Positions 11,621-23,852 of a stretch of 64,000 bases of DNA are shown piece after piece. The stretch's first letter is position 1. Each line of letters starts with the position of its first letter. The stretch lies in the NCBI RefSeq assembly GCF_016433145.1, contig NC_058132.1:251306911-251370910 (forward strand), read 5' to 3'. The DNA comes from Gracilinanus agilis. Its lineage: Eukaryota. The notes below the pieces were generated by a model that searched no databases, was not told where the DNA came from, and was given only the letters and a program-made list of their open reading frames with translations. The position numbers and the translations under genes are program-made.

Positions 11621-13690
11621 ATAAATTCTCTAATACTAGAATTCATAATCAGGAGCTAATCAATGTTTTGCTTAAAAATGAATATGAGAAAAGAGGTGGA
11701 GCCAAGATGGAGGAGAAGAGATACAGAAAGTTCAAAACCTCTCTGAGAATCCTCTTCAATCAATCTTAAAATCATGCTTCAAAATGAATACTGGAGTAAC
11801 AGAACCACCACGGAGATGGAGTGAAGCAACTTTCCTACAGAAAACTACTTGAAAGAGAGAGTCTGATTCCCTGGGGTGAGAGAGGAGCATAGCTTGCAGT
11901 AAAGTCATACCAACCAGCCAAGCCAACCACTCCACGTTCACTATTCCAGTTCTGAATCTGGGACCAAGCCAATTTTGAGATCCTGAGACTCTGCTTAAGC
12001 CAACATCAGAGCCCTCCAATTTTCATTCCTTGAAGTTCCTAACCTTAATACAAGCCTGCAGTGAGCCCTGAAGTCATTGCACAAGACAGTCCTCAATGTG
12101 CCTGGCTGGTGCAAGCCTAAGATCAGAGCCCATTCCTAAGCCTGAGGTGAGGCCCTTAGCCCCAGGACAAGGTAGCTAACAGTGCTCTGAGCCCTACAAG
12201 CCATCAACAATCCCTGGAAGAGACAGAATCAATAGTGGGAGGTGGCTTTCAGAGTTAACAGCCCATAGGCCATGATACCACCTTGGAAGATGTGAAACTT
12301 GCAGAAACTTGGAACTAGAGCTGAAGGTTGGAGCAAGAAAAAACTGAAGTTTAAGAGAATGCCCTCTCTACCCTGAGAAAAGAGCCCACCTTTAAGATTA
12401 AAATAAAAGTTGAGAACAAAAGCTAGGAAAATAAGCAAACATAAAAAAAACAGCTAATCATAAAAAAATATTATGGAGTCAAAGAAGAGCAAGACAGACT
12501 CAGAAGGAGACAGTGTGCAAAACTTCAGGGAATTAGTCTCAGGCTCTGAAATTACTCAGAAAGGATTTCAAAAATCAAATAAGAAAGGCAGAGGAAAATG
12601 GAGAAGAGTAATGAAAGCAGTGCAAGTAGAAAATATCACCTTAAAAAAAGCAGAATTGGCTAAATGGAAGAAGAGGTACAAAAATCTAATGAAGAAAAGA
12701 GTTTTCTAAAAAGTAGAATTTGCACAATGGAAAAGGAGGTTCAAAAGTTTACAAAAGAAAAGAATTTCTAAAAAAATTAATTGGATAAGTAGGAGCTAAT
12801 ACTTTCATAAGACATCACGAAACACTAAAACAAAATCAAAAGAATGAAAAAAAAATAAAATATTTCTTTAAAAAAACTGACTTCGAAAATAGATCCAAGA
12901 GAAGCAATTTAAGAATTATTGGACTACTTGAAAGTCATAATAAAAAAGAAAACTAGACATCATATTATAAGAAATTATCAAAGAAAACTGACTGATATTC
13001 TTGAACAAAAGAGTAAAATAGAAATGGAAAGAATCTAACATAACCTCCTGAAATAAATCCCAATGACAACTCCCAGGAATATTATAGCTAAATTCTAGAA
13101 CAGCTATGCCAAATAGAAAATACTGCAAGCAAACAGAAATAGTTCAAATATCATGAAGTCACAGTCAGGATTGCACAAGTAAACAAGAAAGAGAAAATAA
13201 GGTCAAACTTTAGATTCCTACATGAAAAGATAATATTTGTAACTCAAAATTTTTATCATTATCAGAGCAGTCAGAGAATTGTGAGGGGAATAATGAAAAA
13301 GTGGAATAATAGAAGGGAGGGGGAAGAGTGAGGATAGTGATTAAAAGCAAAACATTTGTAAAGAGGGACTGAGTGGAAGGAGAGAGACAAAAATAGAATA
13401 GAAAGGGAAAATAAAATGGAAGGGAATATACAATTAGCAATCATAACTGTGAATATAAATGAGATGAACTCATCCATAAAACAGAAGCAGATAGCAAAGT
13501 AAATTAAAAACCAGAATCCTACAATATGTTGTCAATTAAAAAAAAACATTCAAGGCAGGGAGCCATACATAGAATAAAGGTAATAGGCTGGGCAGAATTT
13601 ATTGTGCTTTAGCTGAAGTAAAAAAAAAAAAAGTAATCATGATCTCAGAAAAAGCTAAAGCAAAAATAGATCTAATTAAAAGCGATAAGA

Positions 13691-13887
13691 GGGGGCAGCT
13701 GGGTAGCTCAGTGGAGTGAGAGTCAGGCCTAGAGACAGGAGGTCCTAGGTTCAAACCCGGCCTCAGCCACTTCCCAGCTGTGTGACCCTGGGCAAGTCAC
13801 TTAACCCCCATTGCCCACCCTTACCAATCTTCCACCTATGAGACAATACTCCGAAGTACAAGGGTTAAAAAAAAAATTATTAAAAAA
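13691..13887 (+). mobile_element. Young SINE-1 (didelphid type) inserted in L1 ORF2
   Basis: Intact A box (TAGCTCAGTGG), B box (GGTTCAAACCC), A-tail and a 13-bp TSD AAAAG(C/T)GATAAGA at a TT/AAAA site. Confidence 0.93.
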
Positions 13888-14850
13888 AAAAGTGATAAGA
13901 AAAGAGACTACATCTTGATAAAAGGTCCCATAGAGAGTGAAGTAATAACAATACTAAACATATATGCATCCAGTGATATAGCCTCCAAATTTTTAAAGAT
14001 GGAATTAAATGAGCTTCAAGAGGAAATAGATAATAAAACTATACTAATGGGGGACTTCAACCTTCCCTTCTCAGAATTAGATAAATCTAACTAAAAAATC
14101 AACAAGAAAGAAGTGAATGAAGTTTTAGAAAAAGTTAGATTGAATAGATCTCTGGAGAAAATTGAATAGGAATAGAAAGGAATATACCTTTTTTTCAGCA
14201 ATAGATGGCACCTATACAAAAATTGACCCTATATTAGGGTATAAAAATTTCACAACCAAATGCAGAAAAATAGAAATAATAAATGCATCATTTTAGATCA
14301 TAATGCAGTAAAAAATAGAGCCAATAAGGTCCATGGAAAGACAAATTAAGAATTAATTGGAAACTAAATACTCTAATTCTAAAAAAAGGGGTGGGTCAAA
14401 GAACAAATTATAGAAACAGCAATTTCATTAAAGAGAATGACAATGAGGAGACAACATATCAAAATTTATGAAATAGAGTCAAAGCAGTTCTGAGAGGAAA
14501 TTTATACCTCTGAACACTTACATCAATAAAATAGAGAAAAAGCAGATCAATTAATTGGGTATGCAACTAAAAAAACTATGAACTAAAAAAAATGAACAAG
14601 CTAAAAATCCTCAATTAAAGACTTACTTGGAAATACTAACCATTGAACTAATAAATAAGACTAGAAGTTGGTTTTATGGAAAAAAAATAAATTAGACAAG
14701 GCATTGGTTAATTTTATTTTAAAAAAGGAAAGAAGTCAAATTACCAGTATTCAAAAATGAAAAGGGTAAATTCACTACCAATGAAGAGGAAATAAAAGCA
14801 ATCATTAGTAGCTATTTTACCCAATTATATGGTAATAAATCTGATAATCT

Positions 14851-15384
14851 CACAGGGAAAGGGGAGGACTTATTTCTACACTAACTTAGTGACCTAAACA
14901 GAAAGGGCCCAACGAGTTGTAATGGAGTCTCTGTGTGACTGCCTCAGACCTGGACCTGCCAGGCTTGAGCACAGCTAAGGGCTAATGTGGCTTTGGGGTT
15001 CTCACTGCAATCCACTGATGATCTCTGGATGCCAAGAGCCAAGGTGGTCTTAGGTACCAAGTAGGGAGGGTGTGCTTAAGATGCTGCCCACCAGACCTCA
15101 AACTTCTCCTCTTTCCTTGGCACAGCACTGAAGATCTTGACCTCTTTGCTAGATGCCACCACCACACAGGATCCCAGGGGAAAATCAGGATGCAGGATGT
15201 CCTTTTACTCTGAGTTCTCCCAGGGCTAACCACATTTTTTGCTAACCCCTAAAGGAGTCCCACTCAGAACACAAGTCACTTCTTCCTGCTCCTTCATTCC
15301 ATCTTGGAATTCCCAGCTCCAGCTCCTTCCTGCTATATACACCTTAATTCTTAATTACTAACTAATCTTATCTTCCTCACAACA
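14851..15384 (-). mobile_element. Putative truncated LTR inserted in L1
   Basis: Non-L1 534-bp segment. On the minus strand it starts TGTTGTGAGG exactly where L1 resumes and has a TATA-like GTATATAGC. No terminal CA or TSD at the other end. Confidence 0.5.
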
Positions 15385-16039
15385 CTAAGAAATAGAATGG
15401 AGGATCAATGGAATAGATTGATCCATGACTTTAGCAATCTAGTGTTTGATAAATCCAAAGATTCTAGCTTTGGAGAATTGTTTTTGTCTTTTTTTTTGGT
15501 TACTATTTCACAAGGACTACTGGAAAAATTAAAAAGCAATATGACAAAAAATAGATATAGACCAATATCTCACACTTTATACCAAGATAAGGTCAAAATG
15601 ATTTAGACATAAAGGGTCATATCATAAGTAACATAGTATTCATTTTATATCTCATAATATTCTCTCTCTCTTGTTTGGTCAAAATTTTTTCCCTTCCCCA
15701 TAGACCTGACATGTAAACTATTCTATGTTTAAAAGATAAAATATGTTGATAATATACAATACTATCCATGTATTTTATGCATTTCTGAGTTTCTAAATTT
15801 TTCTGTCATCTGTTGGTTTTTGTGTTTCATCTGTGGCTTCCACAAAATTCCTCCCAAATTCCCATTTAATTTCTTATACTGGCCTGCAATACATTGAAAC
15901 TGAGATAGGGAAAGTCACAATGTGGAAGGGATACCTGTATATATACATATTACTCTAAATTTAGGTTTCTCTGCAGAAGAGATGATTTCAGAGAAATCTA
16001 GGAAGCTTAACTTTATTCAAAGGGCAACCACTACAGTGA

Positions 16040-16240
16040 GGAGTTTGAAGACAAAGAACAATTGAAGGAATTAGGAATATTTGACCTCTAGAAAGAGAAA
16101 AATTGGGGGAAAATAATGGTAAAGGATGCTCTGTACAAGAGGGAATAGATTTATTCTTTTTAGGCCCAGAAGGCAGAATTAGAAAACTAAATGAAGTCAG
16201 GGAATAGATTTCAATTTCACATAAGAAAACCTTTCCATCT
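16040..16240 (+). mobile_element. L3/CR1 3' fragment
   Basis: Resembles the CR1/L3 3' region (ttgaaggaattaggaatatttgacct...gggaatagatttattc...ccagaaggcagaattag...agatttcaatttcacataagaaaacctttc). Confidence 0.6.
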
Positions 16241-16599
16241 TGGTTTACAAGTAGAATATCAACTGAGTGAAGAAAAGAAGTGTGAAGGTAGTATGGGAAA
16301 AGAGAAAAAGAAAATCAAAACCCATATTTTATGGGAATAGCAACCACATTTTGTGGATGTTCTTTTTTTTAAAATCTTACCTCCATCTTAAAATCAATAC
16401 TGTGTATTGGTTCCAAGGCAGAAGAGTGGTAAGGGCTAGGCAATGGGGGTGAAGTGACTTGCCCAGGGTCCTTTTCCACAGCTGGGAAGTGCCCGAGACC
16501 AGATTTGAACCCAGGACCTCCCATCTCTGAGCCTAGCTTCAATCCACTGAACCACCCAGCTACCTCCCGATACTCTTCTTTCTTAATTTTTATTATTAT

Positions 16600-17600
16600 T
16601 TTTTAAAAATCCTTATTTTCTGTCTTAGAATCAATATCGTATATTTGTTCCAAGGCAGAAGAGTGGGTGAAGAGTGAATCAAGCTTTCTTTGTCTATCAA
16701 TCAGCAACTTTAAAATTAATCAATCAAAAACTTAAGCACCCCTATTTAAAACTAAGTAATAGTGTTCTCAATAGTTGCTAGAGTGGGTGATGACTCCATA
16801 GGCCACTGGCCTGCCCCTGGGCAGTGCTAAGCAAATTGAAAGACTGCAATTTGTTCCCGTGAAGTGGAGGAAGGGACAGGAAATGATATAGAAAAAGGAC
16901 TATAAAAAGTCCTGAACTTCCTATCTGGGTTTCTTCTCTTTCAGGACTTTGCCTTGTAACTTCGCTTAGATTTCCCTTTTGGACTTCTCTTTTTAGACTT
17001 GTCCTTCAGTCTTCTCCTTTGGAGTTTGTCTTGGAAGATTCTGCATCAGTGAGTTGGAAAGAAGGAGGAGATTCTTTCTCTGAATCCTGCATTGGATTTC
17101 TGGGTGAGTAGTTGACCTACCTTTCCTGGCTTCTGAAGAGATTGATTCTGGAGAGGTCTTCTTTTCCTAGAGAAGACTGCATTGGTGGAATGCTTGCTGA
17201 AGACACCACTAGGTCCTCTGGCTGAAGATTATCAAGGTCTGATGAGACTGAGCCAGACACCGAAGCAACACTTAGGGTGATAGGCTAGACATTTCTCTAC
17301 CCTTTTCTTTCATGTCTCCACTTTCACTCTTTCTACCTCTTTGTAAATAAATCTGCTACTAAAAGTCATTTTGACTTAAGCTATAATATTTTTAAACTGG
17401 TGACCACAATACTACTTTAGAATTTTCATATTAGCATAAAAACCTAAATTTTATATTCTTACAGTGTTAAGGCTAGGCAATAAGAGTTAAGTGACTTGCC
17501 CAGGGTCACACATTTAGGAAGTATTTGAGGTCCAATTTGAACCCAGGACCTCCCATCTCTGGGCCTGGCTCTCAGTCTACTAGGCCACCTAAACTGCCCC
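16600..17600 (-). mobile_element. SINE-1-related element split by an LTR
   Basis: Left half ends ...ccaaggcagaagagtggg; right half resumes gtgttaaggctaggcaat...gcccc. Joined, they restore one SINE. Confidence 0.85.
16668..17463 (+). mobile_element. Solo ERV LTR (796 bp)
   Basis: TG...CA termini, TATAAAA at 16901-16907 and AATAAA at 17346-17351. Flanks GTGGG/GTGTT are each one change from the host-SINE GTGGT (degenerate 5-bp TSD). Confidence 0.85.
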
Positions 17601-17760
17601 CATGGATGCTCTTTTAATTGTTGCATTCCTAATAGGGAGATGTTGGGTTTTCTTTAATCTATTCCTCCCATCTTGTTCTGATTGACCAGAGATCAGTTAA
17701 TACAGAGTAACCTCTAACGTCCTTTCCAACTCTAAATTTATGATCCTATGAAATTGAGAA

Positions 17761-18010
17761 GGGGCAGCTAGGTGGCACAGTGGATAGAGGACCAGTTGGA
17801 GTTAGGAAGACTCATCTTTCTGAATTCAAATCTGGCCTCAGACATTTACTAGCTGTGTGATTCTGGGTAAGTCATTTAACCCTGTTTGCCTTATTTTTCT
17901 CATCTGTAAAATGAGCTAGAGAAGGAAATGGCAAACCACATCAGTATCTTTGCCAAGAAAACCCCAAATGGGGACATGGGGTTGGATACCACTAAAACTA
18001 ATTGAACAAT
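17761..18010 (+). mobile_element. MAR1-type SINE
   Basis: ggggcagctaggtggcacagtggatag head, CORE, gagaaggaaatggcaaaccac tail. Confidence 0.8.
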
Positions 18011-19921
18011 GCAAATGGATCCAATTCCTTTCTCTTTTGCCTACTCCATCCTCATCCTCACTTCAAAACTTTCTCCTTCAGCACTGGTAATAAACAGAAT
18101 AGATGTATAATAAAATCTGGTTTTTTTGGGAGAAATAGAATAACTTAAACAACAGAAATAGGGCTAGAGAGGGGTATCTTCTCAGTTGCCCAGATCTTCT
18201 TATAAAGTTTTGTATGGGGAAAACAAGTTAGAAGAGGGAGAAAGACAACTATGAGCAATCTACTGGGTACTACATCATTTTTTATAATGGGAGTTTTAGA
18301 CACAGGGTTTCTCTGAGAAAATTAGGGCAAACCAGGAGTGGCCACAGAAGAAAGCTCTAATTAAACGAGGCTTTATGACATATAAATGAAACTTTGAAAT
18401 AATGTACTTGGGGCGACCCTGTTTAGAAAGTATCATAATGCATAAAGTAATGCTATTTATAGCCAGTCAAAAACATTTGTAGAATTTTATTTGGCTGTCT
18501 CCTATGTTGAGGTTTGCTTTATAGCCACAGGATGAGGGGGTGCAATTAAAATTCTCTGTCACATGTGTATTTTTAAAGGCTTTTGTATTTAGTCATTGAG
18601 AATTTCTGAGTTCAGGCATCCTGGTTCACAGGGTCCAGGAACTACATATACTGCATGAAGGGAGCTTATCAAGCAGAATAAAACTGAATCTTATCTTGGA
18701 AATAGGAAAGGGAAGATTGCTTTATCTGTGAAAAAGAGTTGTACTAGGTAAAGAGAATTCTCTATGAGAATAGCTTAAGTAGATCTCAGCCTATCAGTGG
18801 AAGGTGGGCTCTGTTTATGTTGTGCTTATCTTGTGGAATCTTTTATTTTCTTCACTGAAAGTGAAAGAGAAAAGTGGGGGAGAGAAAGAGAAAGGAGGAA
18901 GGGGAGAGAAAGACAAACCAACAGTTCAAGACAGATACACAGAGAGAGGGATTGCACAAATGTTCAAGTAGAGCTAAAATATAGCATGAATCCAGAATTT
19001 GTTTCACATAGTCTATCTTCATTTTCCTATTTTAGATGCTGTTGAACTGACTTGTAGCCTAGGCCTTGGAGTCCAAGGGGGGAAAAAATCTACATTGTAA
19101 ATGTTAGAAACCTAAAGTAAGAACTCTTTATTAGTCAGCTCTCATCATTAGACATATACTGGATGATTGAAATCCAGAAACCATCCTGACACATCAGGAA
19201 AATTTTTTAACAATTCTCTGGGTATACCATATGTCTCTTGATAATCTGACTGAAACATACTCTTTATCTTCTTAATCTTACGCTATTGTTAAACACTGAG
19301 TTGCATCACTGCTTCAAGAAATGTTTTGCTTTTGGACTGATCTCTTCCTGTTGCTTAATTTTTGTAGCATGTCTATGAGCAATGAACGAAATGCCCTCTT
19401 CCTTATTCTATCTATCCCTAAATAACCAAGTGCTATAATGAAATGGTAAGTTTGTTTTGAGCACTCCCCACCCCTATCACTTCCCTTTTAGCTTAATTTT
19501 TCCTTTATTCCTATTCATTGCCAGGATGCTGCTTCCTGCTTGCCCATCACCACCACTCAAGTTAGTTCTCCACAGGCGGTGATCTATGCTTGAAACTCAT
19601 CCCTTTCTCTATTACATCAAAATTTATCAGTCCTGTGTTCCAGTCCTTTTCAGCAATCAACAACCTTTGGAGAGCTCAGTCCCCATAGGTGCTGCCAACT
19701 GAAAATGGCTTAATGTGTCACCATTTCAGAGGTATTAACATTTAAAAAAACAACAATAAAAACAACTGATTTTCTACTTCTTGACAGAGAAGTGATAGAC
19801 TAAATATGCAAAATGAGATCTATATTCTCAGACATACACACATTTATATTTGCTGAGATATATATACACACACAAAATACATGCATACATATATATATAT
19901 TTGTTTAAAAAAGTAGGACTT

Positions 19922-20101
19922 NNNNNNNNNNNNNNNNNNNNNNNNNNNNNNNNNNNNNNNNNNNNNNNNNNNNNNNNNNNNNNNNNNNNNNNNNNNNNNN
20001 NNNNNNNNNNNNNNNNNNNNNNNNNNNNNNNNNNNNNNNNNNNNNNNNNNNNNNNNNNNNNNNNNNNNNNNNNNNNNNNNNNNNNNNNNNNNNNNNNNNN
20101 N
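19922..20101. other. Assembly gap (180 N)
   Basis: Run of N. Confidence 1.
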
Positions 20102-21587
20102 TCAAAGGAATGATTTTCTAACATTAGACTTTCTGGCACTATGGTAGTTGGAGAGAGTTTTCAGGAGAGGAGCTTTCTATTAGACTGCAAACTTTGAAGA
20201 CAGGGATTGTCCTATGGTCTCATTTTGTAGTTTCAGTACGTAGCCTGGCACCTAGTAGGTGCTTAGTAAATGTTTATTTGTTGATGGGCCCTCTGCAAGT
20301 CCTATTTTCCTTTGGTTACGGATAAAACTAGCATTTTTTATAAGAGAAAGACAAAACAAAAAATAGAATTACTGTACCCTGCCAGATCCAAGCTTCAAGA
20401 AGCTGAGCAATTTCTGTTTTTTTCTGACCCATTTTCCCCACTCTTAGACTTGTTTTCTATATCTAATAAACAACTAAGATTGTCAAAACAAACAAAAGGA
20501 AATATCTCATTGATATGGTGCTTTATGGCTTTCAAACAAATTCTAAAGTAGAGCTATAAAAGATGATTTTGTAGCAGTGTTAAGTCAGAAAAATAAAGCC
20601 TACTTCTGGGGGCCTTGACAAATAGAGGCATGGATATTGTGCCCCTCGTTTAATTATGCCAATTCTCAGCTCCTCCGTGACAGTTCTGTGGAAATATGCC
20701 ATTCAAGTTTGCATTTTTTAGAGTTCACCAGCTTGGCAATGCAAAGAACTGTTAATATGAGGAAATAATGCTGAAAAAGAAAAGGATCCATCAATCCTGA
20801 CTCAAATTCCCAGCTTACTATGGAATGCACTAATCAAAGCTGGACATTGTTCAACATTGCATTGAAGCTTTCATTCAGTTGTGCTTATACTGACAAATAC
20901 ACAGGAGGCTCAAGTAACTTGAGATTGCAAAATCAAGCCATCTGTAGTAAAAGAGGCCAATGTGGGGGGAAATGAAAGCAGTGTTTCTGGAGGGTTCATG
21001 AGGTTGCTTCAGAAATGCATCTATTTTGTATCAGATTTAGTGTCAAGCTAAACATGTATTTGAGAACATTAAAAAATTAATTTCTATGGGTACATTTTGT
21101 TCTTGTATCACCAACATTCCCCAACATATCCTCTAAATATCCCACTGAACCATTCCTTATGGCAAAGAATAAAAAGGAAAAAAAGAATTCAGCAATTTTT
21201 TTAAATGGTTTTTTCCAGCAGAACTGGGAGAACATTGTACAAAGTAACAGCAATATTGGATGATGATTATCTGTGAAAACTTGGCTACTCTCAGCAATGC
21301 AGGACAATCCTGAAAGATTTATGATGGGGAAGGCTATCTGCCTCCAGAGAAAGAACTGTTGGAGTCATCCAACACATCAATGTATTTATGTTTTTATTTG
21401 GAGGTTTTGGTTATGTATGAATTTCCTCTTACAACAGTGATCAATATGGAAGTTGTTTTGCATGACAATAAAATGTTTTTTTCTTTGACATACACATTAT
21501 GCTAATTTATAAAAAAGTTTTATACATATATATTTTTTTTCCTTTAGATGGGTACCAAAAGCTCATTTCTTTAATGCTTCATTTTTT

Positions 21588-21789
21588 TTTAATTTTTTTT
21601 TATTTTTTTTTAAATAACCTTTAACTTCTGTGTATTGACTTATAGGTGGAAGAGTGGTAAGGGTAGGCAATGGGGGTCAAGTGACTTGCCCAGAGTCACA
21701 CAGCTGGGAAGTGTCTGAGGCCAGATTTGACCCTAGGACCTCCGGTCTCTAGGTCTGGCTCTCAATCCACTGAGCTACCCAGCTGCCCC
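21588..21789 (-). mobile_element. Young SINE-1 with TSD
   Basis: Full reverse-complement body with T-tail. TSD AATGCTTCATTTTTT at 21573-21587 and 21790-21804. Confidence 0.92.
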
Positions 21790-22364
21790 AATGCTTCATT
21801 TTTTAAAAAGCCTATTACAATGTGGGGGCAAATGGGATTAATTGCTCTTATAACATTTCCCCCATTATTGATTTTTATGAAATTTCTTTTTTATTATAAA
21901 TGTAATCTTCAAAAACACAAACCTTTCAATACACAAAAGAATAAGAAAATTGTGTAAGAAATTAAATTTGTTAGTTTCTAAGATATATAGATATATGTAT
22001 ATTATATATATGACTTAAAGTAGTAACAGAATTGCTGTGTGTTCCATATTGCAGTTTTTGTTGTTTTTGTCAACCTGAAAAAAACACAGAAGCTCTAAAG
22101 CAGTTTACAAAAGAACACATCTTTAATCAGGACAAAGGAGACAATGCTCTTGTGAACACTATGCAGAACCAAGCGTAGGATTCTGGGAACACTGTCTCAA
22201 AATGGGAATTTCCATTGAATTGTAGAACTCAGTGTTTTATATATACTTTAGGGAGTACAAGAAAGGAAGGACACCTGATTAGTTTACCTAGAGGCTAGAC
22301 TACCTGAGAAAAGGCTAGATACAATGAGAGAAACTAAGATTAAAAAAAAAAAAAGGCACTTAAA

Positions 22365-22545
22365 GGGGGCAGTTGGGTAGCTCAGTGGAGGTCCTAGATT
22401 CAAATCTGGCCTCAGACACTTCCCAGCTGTGTGACCCTGGGCAAGTCACTTAACCTCCATTGCCTAGCCCTTACCACTCTTCTGCCTTGGAGCCAATACA
22501 CAGTATTGACTCCAAGATAGGAGGTAAGAGTTTAAAAAAAAAAAA
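22365..22545 (+). mobile_element. SINE-1 with a ~25-bp internal deletion
   Basis: Flanked by GGCACTTAA repeats (22355-22363, 22548-22556). Lacks the segment between the A and B boxes that sibling copies have. Confidence 0.88.
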
Positions 22546-22566
22546 GGGGCACTTAAGATTTTATTA

Positions 22567-22723
22567 TATCTGCTAATCCTATTTAGAGTGATCAATAGAT
22601 TTGAGGGTTTATTGTTTAGCCTTGGAACAAACCTACTAATTCTATCTGCTAATCCTATTTAGAGTGATCAATGGATTTGAGGGTTTATTGTTTAGCCTTG
22701 GAACAAACCTACTAATTCTATCT
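22567..22723. repeat. 76-bp tandem duplication (2 copies, 1 mismatch)
   Basis: Units start at 22567 and 22643. A third TATCT at 22719 closes the period. Confidence 0.95.
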
Positions 22724-22959
22724 AGGGTACTTGAGGGTTTCATAAAACAAGGTTGCCATTTTCTTCTGTGCATTTTGGAGAAAGTTTTATTAATGAGATC
22801 TCTTTGTCTCTTTTTCTTTTTCTTACCCTTTGATATTCTGTAACTTATTTCTATCAGCTAAAAAAAAGCCCTACCTCATGAAAAAATATACATACATGCA
22901 TATATATTTGATATATATGTATATATGGTCCAGCAAAGCAAATTAGATATTGATCATGT

Positions 22960-23410
22960 CTGAGAATATAGATCTCTTGATGCAGAGTGAAAAAAGCAGA
23001 ACCAGGAGAACATTGTACACAGAGACTGATACACTGTGGTAAAATCAAATGCAATGGACTTCTCTACTAGCAGCAACAGTGATCCAGGACAATTCTGAGG
23101 GATTTATAAGAAAGAACTCTATCCACATTCAGAGAAACAACGGTGGGAGTTGAAACACAGAAGAAAAACAACTGCTTGAACACATGGGATGGTGAGGATA
23201 TGATTTGGGATGTGGACTCTATAAACAACCACCCCAGTGCAACTATCAATAATATAGAAATAGGTCTTGATCAATGACACATGTAAAATCCAGTGGAAAT
23301 GCACATGCTATGGGTGAGGGGGGGTTGTTTGGAGGGGAGAGAAAGAACATGAATCATGTAACCATGGAAAATTTTTCTAAAAAAAAATCAAAATGCTATA
23401 AAAATAAAAG
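22960..23410 (+). mobile_element. L1 3' end (marsupial type)
   Basis: gcagaaccaggagaacattgtacac...cagcaacagtgatccaggacaattctgagg...G-rich stretch and A-rich tail. Confidence 0.8.
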
Positions 23411-23484
23411 AATACTCAAAAAAAAAAAGAATATAGATCTCATTTTATACCTTTAGTCCAATATTTCTCTTTCCCCAGAAATCA

Positions 23485-23852
23485 TGTACTGGGGTCGAAC
23501 CTGCATCCCTGCACTGCATTCACTACATCACATAAGAACCCTCCAGTGTGAGTCACAAGACAGTGAGGTAAGCATGTGGACTCAGAAAGGATCAAGTTAA
23601 GATTGGGGTTAAAGAAGAAGAAATAAAAAAGGGGGTTCCAGGAAGTACACCCTCTCTATTCCCTTGGATGGCAGAGTTGCAGGATGCTGGCTGGGAACCA
23701 TGAGGCCATGTGGTAGAGAGACACATGGCTGGTTGGCTGGTTAGCTGGTTAGAATAGGCTTCAATCTCTATCTGCTTTCTCTATTCAAGTAATATTAATA
23801 AACTTTATGGAAATTAAGGACCACAGAGTGTTAATTTAATTTAGTTTTTACA
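23485..23852 (+). mobile_element. Putative short solo LTR (~370 bp)
   Basis: TG...CA termini, AATAAA at 23797-23802, and a 3' end resembling that of the 16668 LTR (accaca...ttttaca). No TSD found. Confidence 0.5.

Larger units (their letters stand above)
11692..15635 (+). mobile_element. Decayed L1 retaining its 5' end, with an internal deletion
   Basis: 5'UTR start ggtggagccaagatgg. Broken ORF1 at ~12470-13200. ORF2 endonuclease remnants from ~13420 (NSSIKQK..KNQNPTICC; ILMGDFNLP) to ~14850 (YGNKSDNL). It resumes at 15385 with a late-ORF2 motif (RNRMEDQWNR). Many stops and frameshifts. Confidence 0.9.

Noticed and set aside
13691-13770. tRNA gene (A/B boxes)
   Set aside because: tRNA-derived head of a SINE that continues into CORE and an A-tail with TSD. 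The same applies to the other copies.
12473-15606. ORFs 12473-12709 and 15397-15606 (also 26974 and 28195) as genes
   Set aside because: Fragments of decayed L1 ORF1/ORF2.
19828-20139. ORFs spanning poly-X
   Set aside because: Artefacts of the N gap.
22567-22723. CRISPR-like or minisatellite array
   Set aside because: Only two adjacent units, no spacers, eukaryotic context.
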